From contig NMRA01000093.1 of assembly GCA_002633005.1 (NCBI GenBank), positions 635,256-699,255 of the forward strand: a stretch of 64,000 nt of DNA, read 5' to 3'. A program made the position numbers and the translations under genes. Of this stretch, positions 42,669 through 53,152 are shown piece after piece. The notes beneath the pieces were generated by a model. The model searched no databases and was not told where the DNA came from. It saw only the letters and a program-made list of their open reading frames with translations. Positions within the stretch are counted from its first letter, which is position 1. Each line of letters opens with the position of its first letter. This DNA comes from Phoronis australis (lineage: Eukaryota > Animalia > Phoronida).

Positions 42669-42932
42669 ATTTGCCAATATTACACCCTACTCTGTCAACA
42701 TATTTCGCGTCCCCCTAACCACCAGGCTCGCAACCCGCCTGTTACACTCACAGTGACAGCTTCTATTTACAATGTGTGAATGGGGCAGATTAGGTCAAAG
42801 CATTCGGCTAACTCCGACCAAATTCGTATCATGTTCGCGCATACTCTTTTTCAAATCGAGGTTGTTTCCGTTCTTCAGAAATGTCGCGGATAATTCGAAT
42901 TATTGATTTTATTGAACACAAACGCAAGGAGG
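42669..42932. promoter_or_regulatory. Putative bidirectional promoter and 5' UTRs between the ferlin and ALMS1-like start codons (264 bp)
   Basis: Divergent ATGs; locally CpG-rich relative to the introns; E2F-like TTCGCG at ~42704 and ~42834 and a reverse CHR-like TTCAAA at ~42850 (motif function unproven). Confidence 0.6.
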
Positions 42933-42944
42933 ATGTCGTTTGAA
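42933..42944 (+). CDS. ALMS1: ALMS1-like, putative first coding exon (MSFE)
   Basis: aggaggATGTCGTTTGAA|GTGAGT: consensus donor, phase 0, compatible with the exon at 44615. Inferred from splice signals only. Confidence 0.55.
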
Positions 42945-43240
42945 GTGAGTGCTTGTCTTTGTTGTTTGTAAATTCATTTTCTAGTAGGCATGTTTTTCAA
43001 TAAGAGGTATATTTATTCGAAAAATTGTAGAGGAAATCAAGTGAAGTTCCAAGTCTATGCCTATGGCCTTCTCATTTTTCATGTTTTTCAAAACTTCAAA
43101 AGTGAAACGAAGGCTTGACACTGCATTGTATGCTAATTTCCGCATGTACGGCAGTGACTCCAATTGAGGGCTAAAGTTTAGAATCCCTGTGAAGCAGTGT
43201 TTGGAGCCAGGGATTTGCCGTAGCCAGGTAGCCGTAGACA

Positions 43241-44460
43241 CTAGACAGTGACCACCGTCTCTACTGTCTACTGCCTGGCCCAGCCGGCCCAGTCCAGTCC
43301 TTCATTCAGTTCACATGCACCTTTGATCAGCCCCAGACGATAGTATAGAAATAAAGAGAACGGTATACAACTACTATCCAATATGGCCGCCCGCCAGGTA
43401 CTTCCGGAACAGCTCCAAACATAATAATTTGCTGAAAAGCTTCTTCTGTCTCTGCTGGGGCTAGGCAATGACCATCGCCTCTGTTGGCCCCGACCAGAGG
43501 CGATGCAGCTCCTATAGGCGCTCCATACGCCGGAAGCTTTTCAGCGAATTATGCCTCGCACCGACTAAAACATCAAAGTCTCTTTGTTGTAAATACCTTT
43601 TGCGCATAGAGGAACACCTTAGACAGTCGTCGATGTGTTTAATTCCTTCCAATTCGAACAAATACTCCCGTTATCAAACTTTTTCTTCGAGCAGTCCCCA
43701 TTTCAGTTCCCAAAATCGTGAACTCAACATTTTCACTCGGCTCACGCCAAGAGATATGACGTACTCATTCTTTTAACCAGGCCGAAGGTCAGAAGTTGCG
43801 GTCCTATCGACGAACTTTGAAAGCTGAAGTTCCCGCCCTTTGCGTACGTGCTGCCGGGAACCAGCCATGCATTTGCCGTGTTGTTAAATATTAACATGTC
43901 ATTGTCAAATATGTGCACAAAGACTATTAAATGTCATATCAACAGCATTTATTTTTATCAAATCAACCAATAATTCATTGAAATACAATCAGTTTCAAGT
44001 AACGCCAATTAACGACAAGTAGTGGTGGCATTTTGGAAACGAATATTTGACTGACAAGATCGCAATGACTCACCTTTGGCCTATTTAAAGATTGAGGTCA
44101 TGAAGTCACATCACCTGGCGAGCGCGGTAAAAATTGGAGCGTGTGCAGTATAAAAATGGTGAGTTCACGATTTTGGGAACTGAACGAGTGACTGTTCGAA
44201 CAAAAAGTTTGATAACGGGAGTATTTGTTCGAGTTGGAAGGAATTAAACACACCGCCAACCTCCTAAAGTGTCCCTCCATACGCAAAAGGTATTTATAAA
44301 AACTAGACTTTCATGCTTTAGCCAGTGCGAGGCATAATTCGCCGAAAAGCTTCCGGCGTATGGAGCGCCTATAGGAGCTGCATCGACTCTGGTCGGGGCC
44401 AACAGAGGCGATGGTCATTGCCTATGCTGGGGCCAGACAGAGACGTCGGTCACTGTCTAG
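43241..44460. mobile_element. Outer ~250-bp MITE (TIR ctagacagtgacc..cgtctct) interrupted by the foldback element
   Basis: 43241 ctagacagtgaccaccgtctct vs 44439-44460 agagacgtcggtcactgtctag. Confidence 0.65.
43462..44424. mobile_element. 963-bp foldback (Mutator/MULE-like) non-autonomous element, ~280-300-bp TIRs, 9-bp TSD TGCTGGGGC
   Basis: 43462-~43740 is the imperfect reverse complement of ~44147-44424; tgctggggc at 43453-43461 and 44425-44433. The ORF track shows the same peptide (CLIPSNSNKYSRYQTF) on both strands. Confidence 0.88.
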
Positions 44461-44614
44461 TAATTGGCGAGATCAACCAACCTGGTAATTGAACTAGTGA
44501 CCTCAATAAAACCTGCAAGACTACTTGATTCAACTAATGCAAAATTGTATGTGTGCACATGGATGTTTGTACCACAATCATGTTGTGAAGAAGGATTATC
44601 TTTTGTTCCAACAG

Positions 44615-44699
44615 GCTGGGGATAATATCGACCATAGAGGCTATCAAGAGCTGCATACAGAACCCCACGTTCCCTCAGAGCTGGGCGACTCCTCACCGG
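44615..44699 (+). CDS. ALMS1: ALMS1-like putative exon 2 (AGDNIDHRGYQELHTEPHVPSELGDSSP)
   Basis: Acceptor cttttgttccaacAG, donor G|GTGTGT; 85 bp, phase 0 to 1, matching the next exon. Confidence 0.65.
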
Positions 44700-44994
44700 G
44701 TGTGTGTTCAAAGTACCTGTATATTATTTGAAGGGCACCAATTTAATTTAAAAATATTGTAGTGAAATTCTTCTTTTCAAATGATGATCAAGTAGTTTCT
44801 CTTAATTGGTTTCGTTGTTATAAAAGGGATTCTTGTGTCATAATTAGATATTAAGTACTGTACCTTTGGCAGTTTTATCTATTCTGTCAGCCAGACTTAC
44901 TCAGAATGTCCGATGGTGATTTGATTTTTGTTGTGATACAAAAATCATTTTTTTCGTCTTTCCAAATGTAAAGAGTGAAATACCATACTTATCC

Positions 44995-45311
44995 CAGCGC
45001 TCGACGCCAAGTCACATTTGGCGACCTGGCAAAAATCTGAGGTCGCCAAACAAAATCTGATGTCGACTTCTGTCTGCTTATTTTCTGTTGTAATTTAAAT
45101 GCATCATTGATTTCGCGAAATATACGAAATTATTATGTTTGAAAGGTAATGATTCTAGGAAAACTTAGTAATTTAAAGTTTGGAAGTCAACATGAACTTT
45201 GAAATGAATGTTAGGTGAACAATTATCTCACTTAGATTCTCGCAGTGGCGACTTCAGTTTTTCCCTTGTCGCCAAACACAGTCTGAGGTCACATTGACAA
45301 ATCGAGCGCTG
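44995..45311. mobile_element. 317-bp hAT-like MITE (TIR CAGCGCTCGA)
   Basis: Perfect 10-bp TIR; subterminal ggcgac/gtcgcc and tctgaggtc repeats; no clear TSD. Confidence 0.6.
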
Positions 45312-45913
45312 CATCTGAATTAACTAATAGTACAAATCGTGAATGTATTATGTAATTTGCGTACAAACTTTCCCTCTCTTGATTAGTTAATTTTTGTAAA
45401 TGGCGTGTCACATTACTGAAAAACGTGCTTTATTGGTTTTGCATTGGGGGGTATCACAAGCTTTGCAAGTCATATTAAGATGTTGATAGCGGAATTTTGA
45501 AGACGGATATTCCAAGGAATTTGATTATATTTAGAAAACAGGGAATTCACCGCATTTGGTCATGCTGTCTTCAGCACCAAGAATCCGGGCACCTACAGGT
45601 TTGTCATGGATCAAAAATTGCAACAAGACAGCGAGATTTGCGTGGTTGCGATCTGGTGGGGAGAAAGTAATTATGCCGACTAAAACGTTAACGTGATATG
45701 CTGAGTTTTTAATGCTTAATGCGGCTTTTTTGGTCGAACGTGATTTGAAATTGAAAAATATTGTAAACCATTCACGTGTTCTCTTGCAAAATGCAGATTT
45801 TTAGCATGCAAGTGACAGATTATGTCTTAAGTTGTTTGGCAACCCTTCTGTTTAAAAAAGTTTTGAGTGAATATTAACCCAAATGGTCAGTTCACTCATA
45901 CAGTTGCCTTAGC

Positions 45914-46076
45914 CATTCTATGCTCTGAAGTATGATAGTATTAGAATGTGCAAAATAACTATTTCACATTCTATGCTCTGAAGTATGATAGTATTAGAAT
46001 GTGCAAAATAACTATTTCTCATTCTATGCTCTGAAGTATGATAGTATTAGAATGTGCAAAATAACTATTTCTCATT
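45914..46076. repeat. 53-bp tandem repeat x3
   Basis: Unit cattctatgctctgaagtatgatagtattagaatgtgcaaaataactatttc(a/t). Confidence 0.95.
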
Positions 46077-46522
46077 TCGTTCACTTAAGATTAAGTATTT
46101 TCGTGTCTGAACTCAACATGGTAAGGGTTTGCTAAAGCTGACTGTTTGAGCTGTTGCGCTTAAAGGTAAAAATTTGTTAATTGTTGGTGGTGGGTGTTAA
46201 CCCTGACAAATATGGTATTTGTAAATCACAGCTCTTTGTTTTGTTTTCTTTGTAGGAAATGACCCATTTCACTTAAAGATTTTGGAATCTCTGTTGATCA
46301 GTCATGAAAAATCTGTGCTGAATTAGCAGCTCACAGGTGTTTACCACGCGCTGGCACTGTTACACTTGTGGGCATTCTACTGAGTGTACTTGTATGCCCT
46401 TCTATCTGCTGTCACCATGTCCATTTCACCAAGATCTAGGGACATGCTTGTTTGTAGTGTCTGTTGGCAATTTGCTGTATAACTGCTCACCTGAGGGGTA
46501 ATGGTCTGATATAATGTGCCCG

Positions 46523-46581
46523 AATTTTGAGAACCGGTTTTCTCCCCTGAATAACAGGCATCGAACTGGTTCTCAAAATAC
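46523..46581. repeat. Short hairpin-type dispersed repeat (inverted copy at ~32377-32430)
   Basis: attttgagaaccggtt...aactggttctcaaaat; a reverse-orientation relative begins gtattttgagaaccagtttgatgcc at 32378. Confidence 0.7.
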
Positions 46582-46708
46582 GGCAACGTTATATCACACT
46601 ATTGCCCAGCTGAAGATGTGTATGGGCGAGTGTATATCAAACTGTCCAACAGAAGGTTCAGTTGTGTTAATGAAGGGCTGGTATCAAACTACACTGCTTT
46701 CCTTGCAG

Positions 46709-46990
46709 AAAAGTTTTACGACGACCTGTCGCAACATGGCTTGTCCGATGATGAAAATGATGTGGTCTCGCCACTGTACTCCCACACAAGACAGGTTGAA
46801 AATGTGGAGTCTGCAATCGCCGAAGTCTCCACTGACTTCGTCACGGGCCATCTGTCTCTGTCGCAGTACCCAGTGCCTGGTGACTCACAGACATCGTCCC
46901 TATCTCAGTACCCCTTGAATGATACAGAAGACAAACGCAGGCTTGAGCACTCGGCCACAGACACACAGCTGTCTCAGCACTCCATTGAAG
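46709..46990 (+). CDS. ALMS1: ALMS1-like exon 3
   Basis: Acceptor ctttccttgcAG, donor AAG|GTTAGT; 282 bp, phase 1 to 1; open acidic, Ser-rich frame. Confidence 0.85.
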
Positions 46991-47231
46991 GTTAGTATAT
47001 GTGTAGGCATGTATCAAAGAAAAACTTTGGAAGTATGAAGAATCTAGTAAAAGTCTGCACAGTGAAGTTGAAGTTTTTCTGCACAATCTCGTACTATTGT
47101 ATAAATTAGTCAAGGAATTACCACAAACAGGCTAAATACAGGTGGATTGAATGTAATCCTTATACCAAACGGGAAGTTTTTCAAACTCAGTGTCTGTTGG
47201 CTGTGTTACCATATGGTCTTTTCCATTTCAG

Positions 47232-50200
47232 ATGAGGATGGTAAACTGATGAGTAGGCAAGAACCAGTGGGTGAGGAGGACTTCAAACACCAGTCCTTGG
47301 GAGGGCGCTACCGTCTAGACACGCCGCGTTCTGTCGAGAGTTTCACCACCGAGTCAGACTCGGGTTCCTCTCGATCTAGTCATTCGCAGAGACTAGATGT
47401 CAAACCTGTACAGATTAAAGATCCGAGTGGTGTTCGCGACGAAGTGTACAACGTACAATATCCTATTAAATATTTACCTGAGCCACCCCCAAAGGCCGAC
47501 AATGCTTCGCTGGTGAGTTCAACGACCCCAGAATCTGCAGCAGAGTCTGATCTAGGCATGGAATCTTCACACCACCAGGGCTCTCCCAAAAGTACATCAT
47601 CCCAAGTGTCGAGAGTTTCCGCACCCAGTTCACAAAGTCTTGGATCGTTACCTAGCTCACAGGGCCAAGTGTATACTAGTAAGTGGGTTGAAGAGTACGA
47701 GGTGGTAACTGGTCAGGGTGGTGGGGTATCTGACCGAATGTCTGGGGCTTCAACCTACAGTACGTTGCAGGGAAGGCTGTCACAGGCATCCACAATGAGC
47801 GGTCCGTCCGTCAAAAGAGCCCGCTGGGATGAGCCGCTAGAAGGTGACCATGGACAGGTTGACGTATTGGGAAAATATCTCCTGGTATCTCCAGAAGAAA
47901 TAAAGCTAGACTTTGGTGATGCCAGAGCTGGTCAAGATCAAGATTCTATAGTCTTTGGTGACACCAACGATAGCCATCACACAAATCAGGTTACAAAATT
48001 ACCAGTTGGTGAAAACCAGACTGGACCCAGTATGTATTTCATCGGGATTGAAGATCCAATCCAGGAAGCCAAGATGAAAATTGCTCAGAAGAGAGATGGT
48101 GTGGATGTTGCCAACAGGAATGCTCCTTTAAAAGCTGATCACAACATAACGGTGCCAGTGGAGTCCTTGAGAGATGACGGTGCACTGGTGACCGCTGATG
48201 CTGATGGATCTGCGAGGGTCTCATGGGGTGCTGGCAGTGAGGGTAGTGGTATGAGTGTGGACTCCATTGCGACCAGTCGTCATTCTCATGTCCAGAAGCT
48301 GGCAGTACCGATAAAGCCATCCCTGGTCAAGTTACCAATTGACTTGAGCCAGCTGGACAAACCTACTGAGTACGATATTGAGAGGTCTGGAAGGAGTGAA
48401 AAATCAGTGGACTCTGGTCGTGAGAGTAGCGCCAGGCTCAGTGGACAGTCATTTCAATCGAGGACCTCCGGTGGCGTGCCTCTTTCATCATACATTGAAT
48501 ATCCTCGAGAGTTAAGGAGCACAACCCCAAACGACTCCGCTTCAACAGTTGACAGGTCGTCATCAAAAGATGAGACTAGTGAACTCCTAAAAAGAGCCGG
48601 TGTTGATTATGTATCGGCTGAAGAGAGGTCAAAACTTCTTAGTGACACCAGCTCTCAGCACTCTGTCTCACGAGGTCCTTCTTTCTCACCCTCAGGCCCC
48701 ACAAGGAAGAGCGAGATTCCTACTGTGGCTTTTGTACATGAAAAATCTGTGACGCCTGCTTACGTACCTGTGGAGGACCGGCGCAGACTCCTTGGTCTGT
48801 CACCGGAGGAAATGGAAGCCCGTCGTGCCAGCATGGCTTTCTCTATTACGCAACACGACGACATGACACAAAAGTCAAACTTCGCTTTGTTCGTAGAAGA
48901 CCAGGACAAACATGAGGAGATGGCAACAGGATCACTTGATACAGCAGAAACAGGTGTGGTAGTAACCGCCAACCAGGATGAGTGCGAGGATGAGGTGTCT
49001 GCATCAGTTAGTACAGTAGAATCTGGTGGGACTGCTAGCGCCAATCAAGATGCTTCCGCAGTTACCGCCCCTTCTTCTGTCCACAGGGAGAGGGGAGAAG
49101 ACTCTGTCACTAGTGGTCGAGACATACAGCAGGAAATGACGAAGCTCACCATAGTGTCCGAAGAGCAGAAGATGGAACCAAGCGTGAAAGAGGAGTCGAG
49201 GTCATCTTCGGCACGATCTGATCGATCAAGAGATCGACCGAAAGGAGATGGCCAAGAATATCAGCAAAGCACGTCGCCGGCATTTGCCTTCCCCGATCGA
49301 ACTGACTCGGACATTCTGCAGAAAGACTTTGAACCGACGCAGGCAGTGTACCCTCATAGGAAGGGTAGGACATCAAAACCCAGCCCAGATAATAGAGTGG
49401 ATGGTGCTCAAGTTGACATTCTCAAAATCGACAACAGCAGACCACCAGGAAGTACAAGTGGTGGTGGATCAGATCGAGGCAGCGCACGTTCTAGCCGTTC
49501 TGCCGTTGATGAGGTGCAGTCATTGCTGAGCTCCACTGTCCATTCTCTATCCATGCCTCCCAGTGAAGTTGACGGCGTGCATTCAAGTGTGAGTGCAGCA
49601 ACTGAGGCCACATATCAGGAAAGAAAATCAAAACATTCCGGTTCCCTATCTAGTGATGTGCCATCATTGGTCTTGGATGATTTGTTGTCTGAGCATGGCT
49701 CAGCCAAGATGGGCTCCAGACAAAACCGTGAAGATCAACCGGATCATGTAACACTACCAGAACCACCTAGAACAGATCGGCCGTCGTCAGCAACATCATT
49801 GGCTACTTCGGAGCTGCTAGCACTTAGAACAAGCGACATAGATTCTGTCAGGACAGATGACACTATACAGGTCAGTCCGGACGTTGAGCAAATTCTTCAG
49901 AGGTATGAACATAGGAAGAAGGATGCAGCATTCAGCCAAATGGACATGGCAAGACAGAGGTTGTCACCTGTGGGGTCAGATGTTAGCCATGATTCACTTG
50001 CTCGCCGTGTTAATCAGCTGTTGACTCGGAAATCAGCTGGAGAAGACAGTCTAAAGTCCAAACGCAACTCTCGCTCCCCAAAACAACACAGTAGGCTGTC
50101 TGATTATCAGCCTCTTAGTCTCAATGCCAGTGTATCCATACCAATGGATTTTTCCATGAGCGACGCATCCACAGAGCTCATGGACAGAACAAATGTGGGA

Positions 50201-51894
50201 AGTCCTCGTGAACAGCATTCCCGTGTTTCTGCATCAGGTCGGAGGTCGCCCACTGAGCAGCATGTGGAGGTGTCCAGTGACACCCTGAGCTCTGTGGGGG
50301 ATGGTCATATCACCGCAGTGCCATTTGATTCACAACCTGTACGCAGAGACAGCATTTCAAGCTACATGAGTACAGACTCCATGGCACGGCGTGTTCAAGA
50401 CCTATTGAATCCAGTTGATTCAGAGCCAGCACCAGACAGTACCACTTTTAAGAAACCGTTGAAACCCAGCTTTAGTCTTCAGAGTGAGGATTCTATGTCG
50501 CGCCGAGTCGCCGACTTATTGAATCCTTTGCAGTCTGGCCACCATGTACCGTCATCGAAAGCCACGGCTTTGCCTTCGAAAATGAAACCTAGCTTTAGCA
50601 CCCAGAGCCTGCAAAGTGAGGACTCGTTGTCACGGCGCGTAGAAGACCTTTTGGCAGAGACAAGGCACCTAGATGGCAGCATGAAACTCGGTGGCAAGAC
50701 ACTGATAGATTACGATGCTCTTAGACAAGACTTGGATGATATTGAACAAAGCCTGAGCATGCACTCCTTCTCGCGCATGGGCGAACTGTCTGGGAGCCGG
50801 GAGGGCAGCAGAACGCCCCAGGATGGCAGCCAAGACAGTTCGCCTGCAGGTGCAACCCTTAGTAAACGACTCACTTGGGATCACGGAGCAGATCTTGCCT
50901 ACAACGATCACCAAGAATATTTTGTTGACAACAGCATACGACCTCGTTCTTCCGACAGTGCCGTTTCCGTTGGGCAGTTGCAATCCGATGGCAAGACCCC
51001 TGCCAAGAAAAAAGATTTGTCTCGTATCCAGCCTCTGCTGACCGGTGGTATCGTCCCTGTTGATCTGGCACTGGATATCATGGACAGTGATGACCTCAAG
51101 GGTGGCTTTGACGACCAGCTATGGACATATCGGTCAGATGCGTCAACTGTCAGACCAGGTGAGGAGACGCATCGTAGTCAGAAGACGGAGGGCGATCGGT
51201 GGTCACCGTCAAACAAAGATTTGCCATCAGATGGAGAGTCTATGGTGCCAGAATCCATAACAGACCAGGTCAATGTTGATTATAATGACAAAAGGATGAA
51301 GATTCCACCTAGAGTATCGGCTCTTTCCAAAACGGACCATTATAGCAGTACCGATAGTTTAGCTAGGAAAGTGTCGGACATTTTGGAGAAGGATGTCCTT
51401 AAGAAACAAGCCTCAGAGATTTTGAACGAAGCCGAGCGCACAGAGAAAAGCCTACAGGTGCCTAGGTTGGATCGGAGTTACATACAGTACCCCCCAGAAC
51501 TGGCAAGCTCTGAGGACGAAGTACAGGTTGAGTATGACAGGTTGCGTCAACTTGGAACACAGGTGAAAGAAAGACCAGCATCTAGGAAGGAAGAGGTGGC
51601 CCATGGGACGCAAGAGAAAAAACGGCAGCCGCCATCCAGTCTGGATTCAGCCACTTTGACTGGTCTCTCAGACAACCCGACTTCCTCGGAGTCCCGCCAC
51701 GAAGACCCTTCTCAGCTGCCAAGAGCAGAAGGATTTGTGGATAGAAGTGAGCCCCCCTATCCGGTTCGCCCGCACAGCAGAGGGATGGTACCTTACATGG
51801 CTAGAACCCCACTTGGACCAAGGGACGTGCGATTGCATCCCCCTCGCCCTCCTCTACTACACTCTGTGGAAAGAATACAACCACCATTACACAG
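47232..51894 (+). CDS. ALMS1: ALMS1-like giant exon (4663 bp), Ser/Asp-rich disordered region
   Basis: 1598-aa ORF trimmed to ttttccatttcAG ... AG|GTACGT (phase 1 to 2). STDSLARKVSDILEKDVLKKQASEILNEAE resembles recalled human ALMS1 SVDSLAAHVKNLLQCESSLNHAKEILRNAE. Confidence 0.93.
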
Positions 51895-52939
51895 GTACGT
51901 AACTTGTTTGGCTGAAAAAGGCTCTTCAGACAGTACTAGTTAATAGGGACATGTTATTTACGTGCTAGTATTAAATGGTGAGACTTATTTCCCTTTCAAA
52001 ACACTGAATGGGGTTTGGAGGATTTATCTTCTGAGGGTCATGAGCACTCGGGGTGAGATTTCCAAATCTCACGAGGGGTCTAGATAAGAGCAATGAATGC
52101 TACAAAACTCACAAAACAAAAATGATTTATCCAATATTGAAGGCCATTCCCATCACGTTTTCCTGCCTAATTGTTATCCAATGCAAGTTGGGGGTTATCT
52201 CGGGGTGGTTTATCAATAGTTTCATGTTGAAAATACTGTTGAATAGTGCCATTTAAAATGTTTGAATGACGCTTGGGCACAATTACTTGTTCAAAGAAAT
52301 TGCCCAGGGTTATAGATGGCACTACTTCTGGTTCATCAACTGTTTATTAATGGTTTCTCGTAATTAGTCCAGCTATTAAAATGCTAATATTTTTTATGTC
52401 TGTACAAGTAAAGCACTGATAGTTTAGTGAAAGTGCATTAAAACATTTGAAATTGTGCAATTTGGTATTCAGGTGAAGTCTTCGAACAGTGTTTAGAAAC
52501 TTTTAGATTTCATTCAATTAAAAGTTCAGTCATACAGAAATAATTGCGTATTGTTAGGCCATTGAAATATGTGTCAATGGTAAAGTTCCAGGCTCTTTTT
52601 AACTCAATCTTGTAAAGTGTTAATTAGACGACTGCTTATAACATGCATTTATTGGTTGTCCAGAACGTCGACAGATAAGCCGAAAATGTGTAAGAGTACA
52701 GAGATGGGGTGCTTACTTACTGGTCACGCGTTAGCATGCCAACAGTCAAGGTGATCGATCCTAGTCAATTTGGATTGAAAGTTCAAACAAGAGGCAGTCA
52801 ATGGGGTTGTTTTTGTTTTGGCAGCACCAAATACTTGTGTGGAGGGAGTTAGTGTATAAGTTTTATAACATTGTTAATCTTGCTGTTGTTCTGCCCGTAC
52901 CATAGTCTTGTCCAACTCTAATTATTGTCTTGTTGATAG

Positions 52940-53152
52940 ACCTGTGGACTCGTTCCTGTTTACGCCGTTGGCAGCCAGGGGACCATTGACCTCCACTGCT
53001 ACGGCAAGAACATTCATGGCCAATCAGCTGGAGAAGATGGCCCAGCGCAGATACGGGGGGCTTGACCTCCGAACACCGTTTAGACGAGCTCACGATGACT
53101 TGGACATTGGCCGATTTGATAGTGTTCTGCATCCCTCTGATGTTCACTCGAG
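52940..53152 (+). CDS. ALMS1: ALMS1-like exon
   Basis: tcttgttgatAG ... AG|GTAACC; 213 bp, phase 2 to 2. Confidence 0.88.

Noticed and set aside
42690-42900. RFX X-box, expected for a ciliary gene
   Set aside because: No convincing GTTNCC-N(0-3)-RGYAAC match was seen.
43468-44286. Similar peptides on opposite strands (ORFs 43468+ and 44098-)
   Set aside because: This is a consequence of the inverted arms of the foldback element.
47147-47231. N-terminus of the 1598-aa ORF as a single-exon gene start
   Set aside because: It starts at TTG, has intron-like composition, and ends in a good acceptor in phase with the upstream exon.
48705-48725. SEIP as an SxIP EB1-binding motif
   Set aside because: An acidic residue at x is unfavourable, and a 4-mer is expected by chance in ~2800 aa.
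47380-51260. Many antisense and alternative-frame ORFs within the giant exon (also 60070-61287)
   Set aside because: Shadow ORFs expected in long, GC-richer coding sequence; no independent features.
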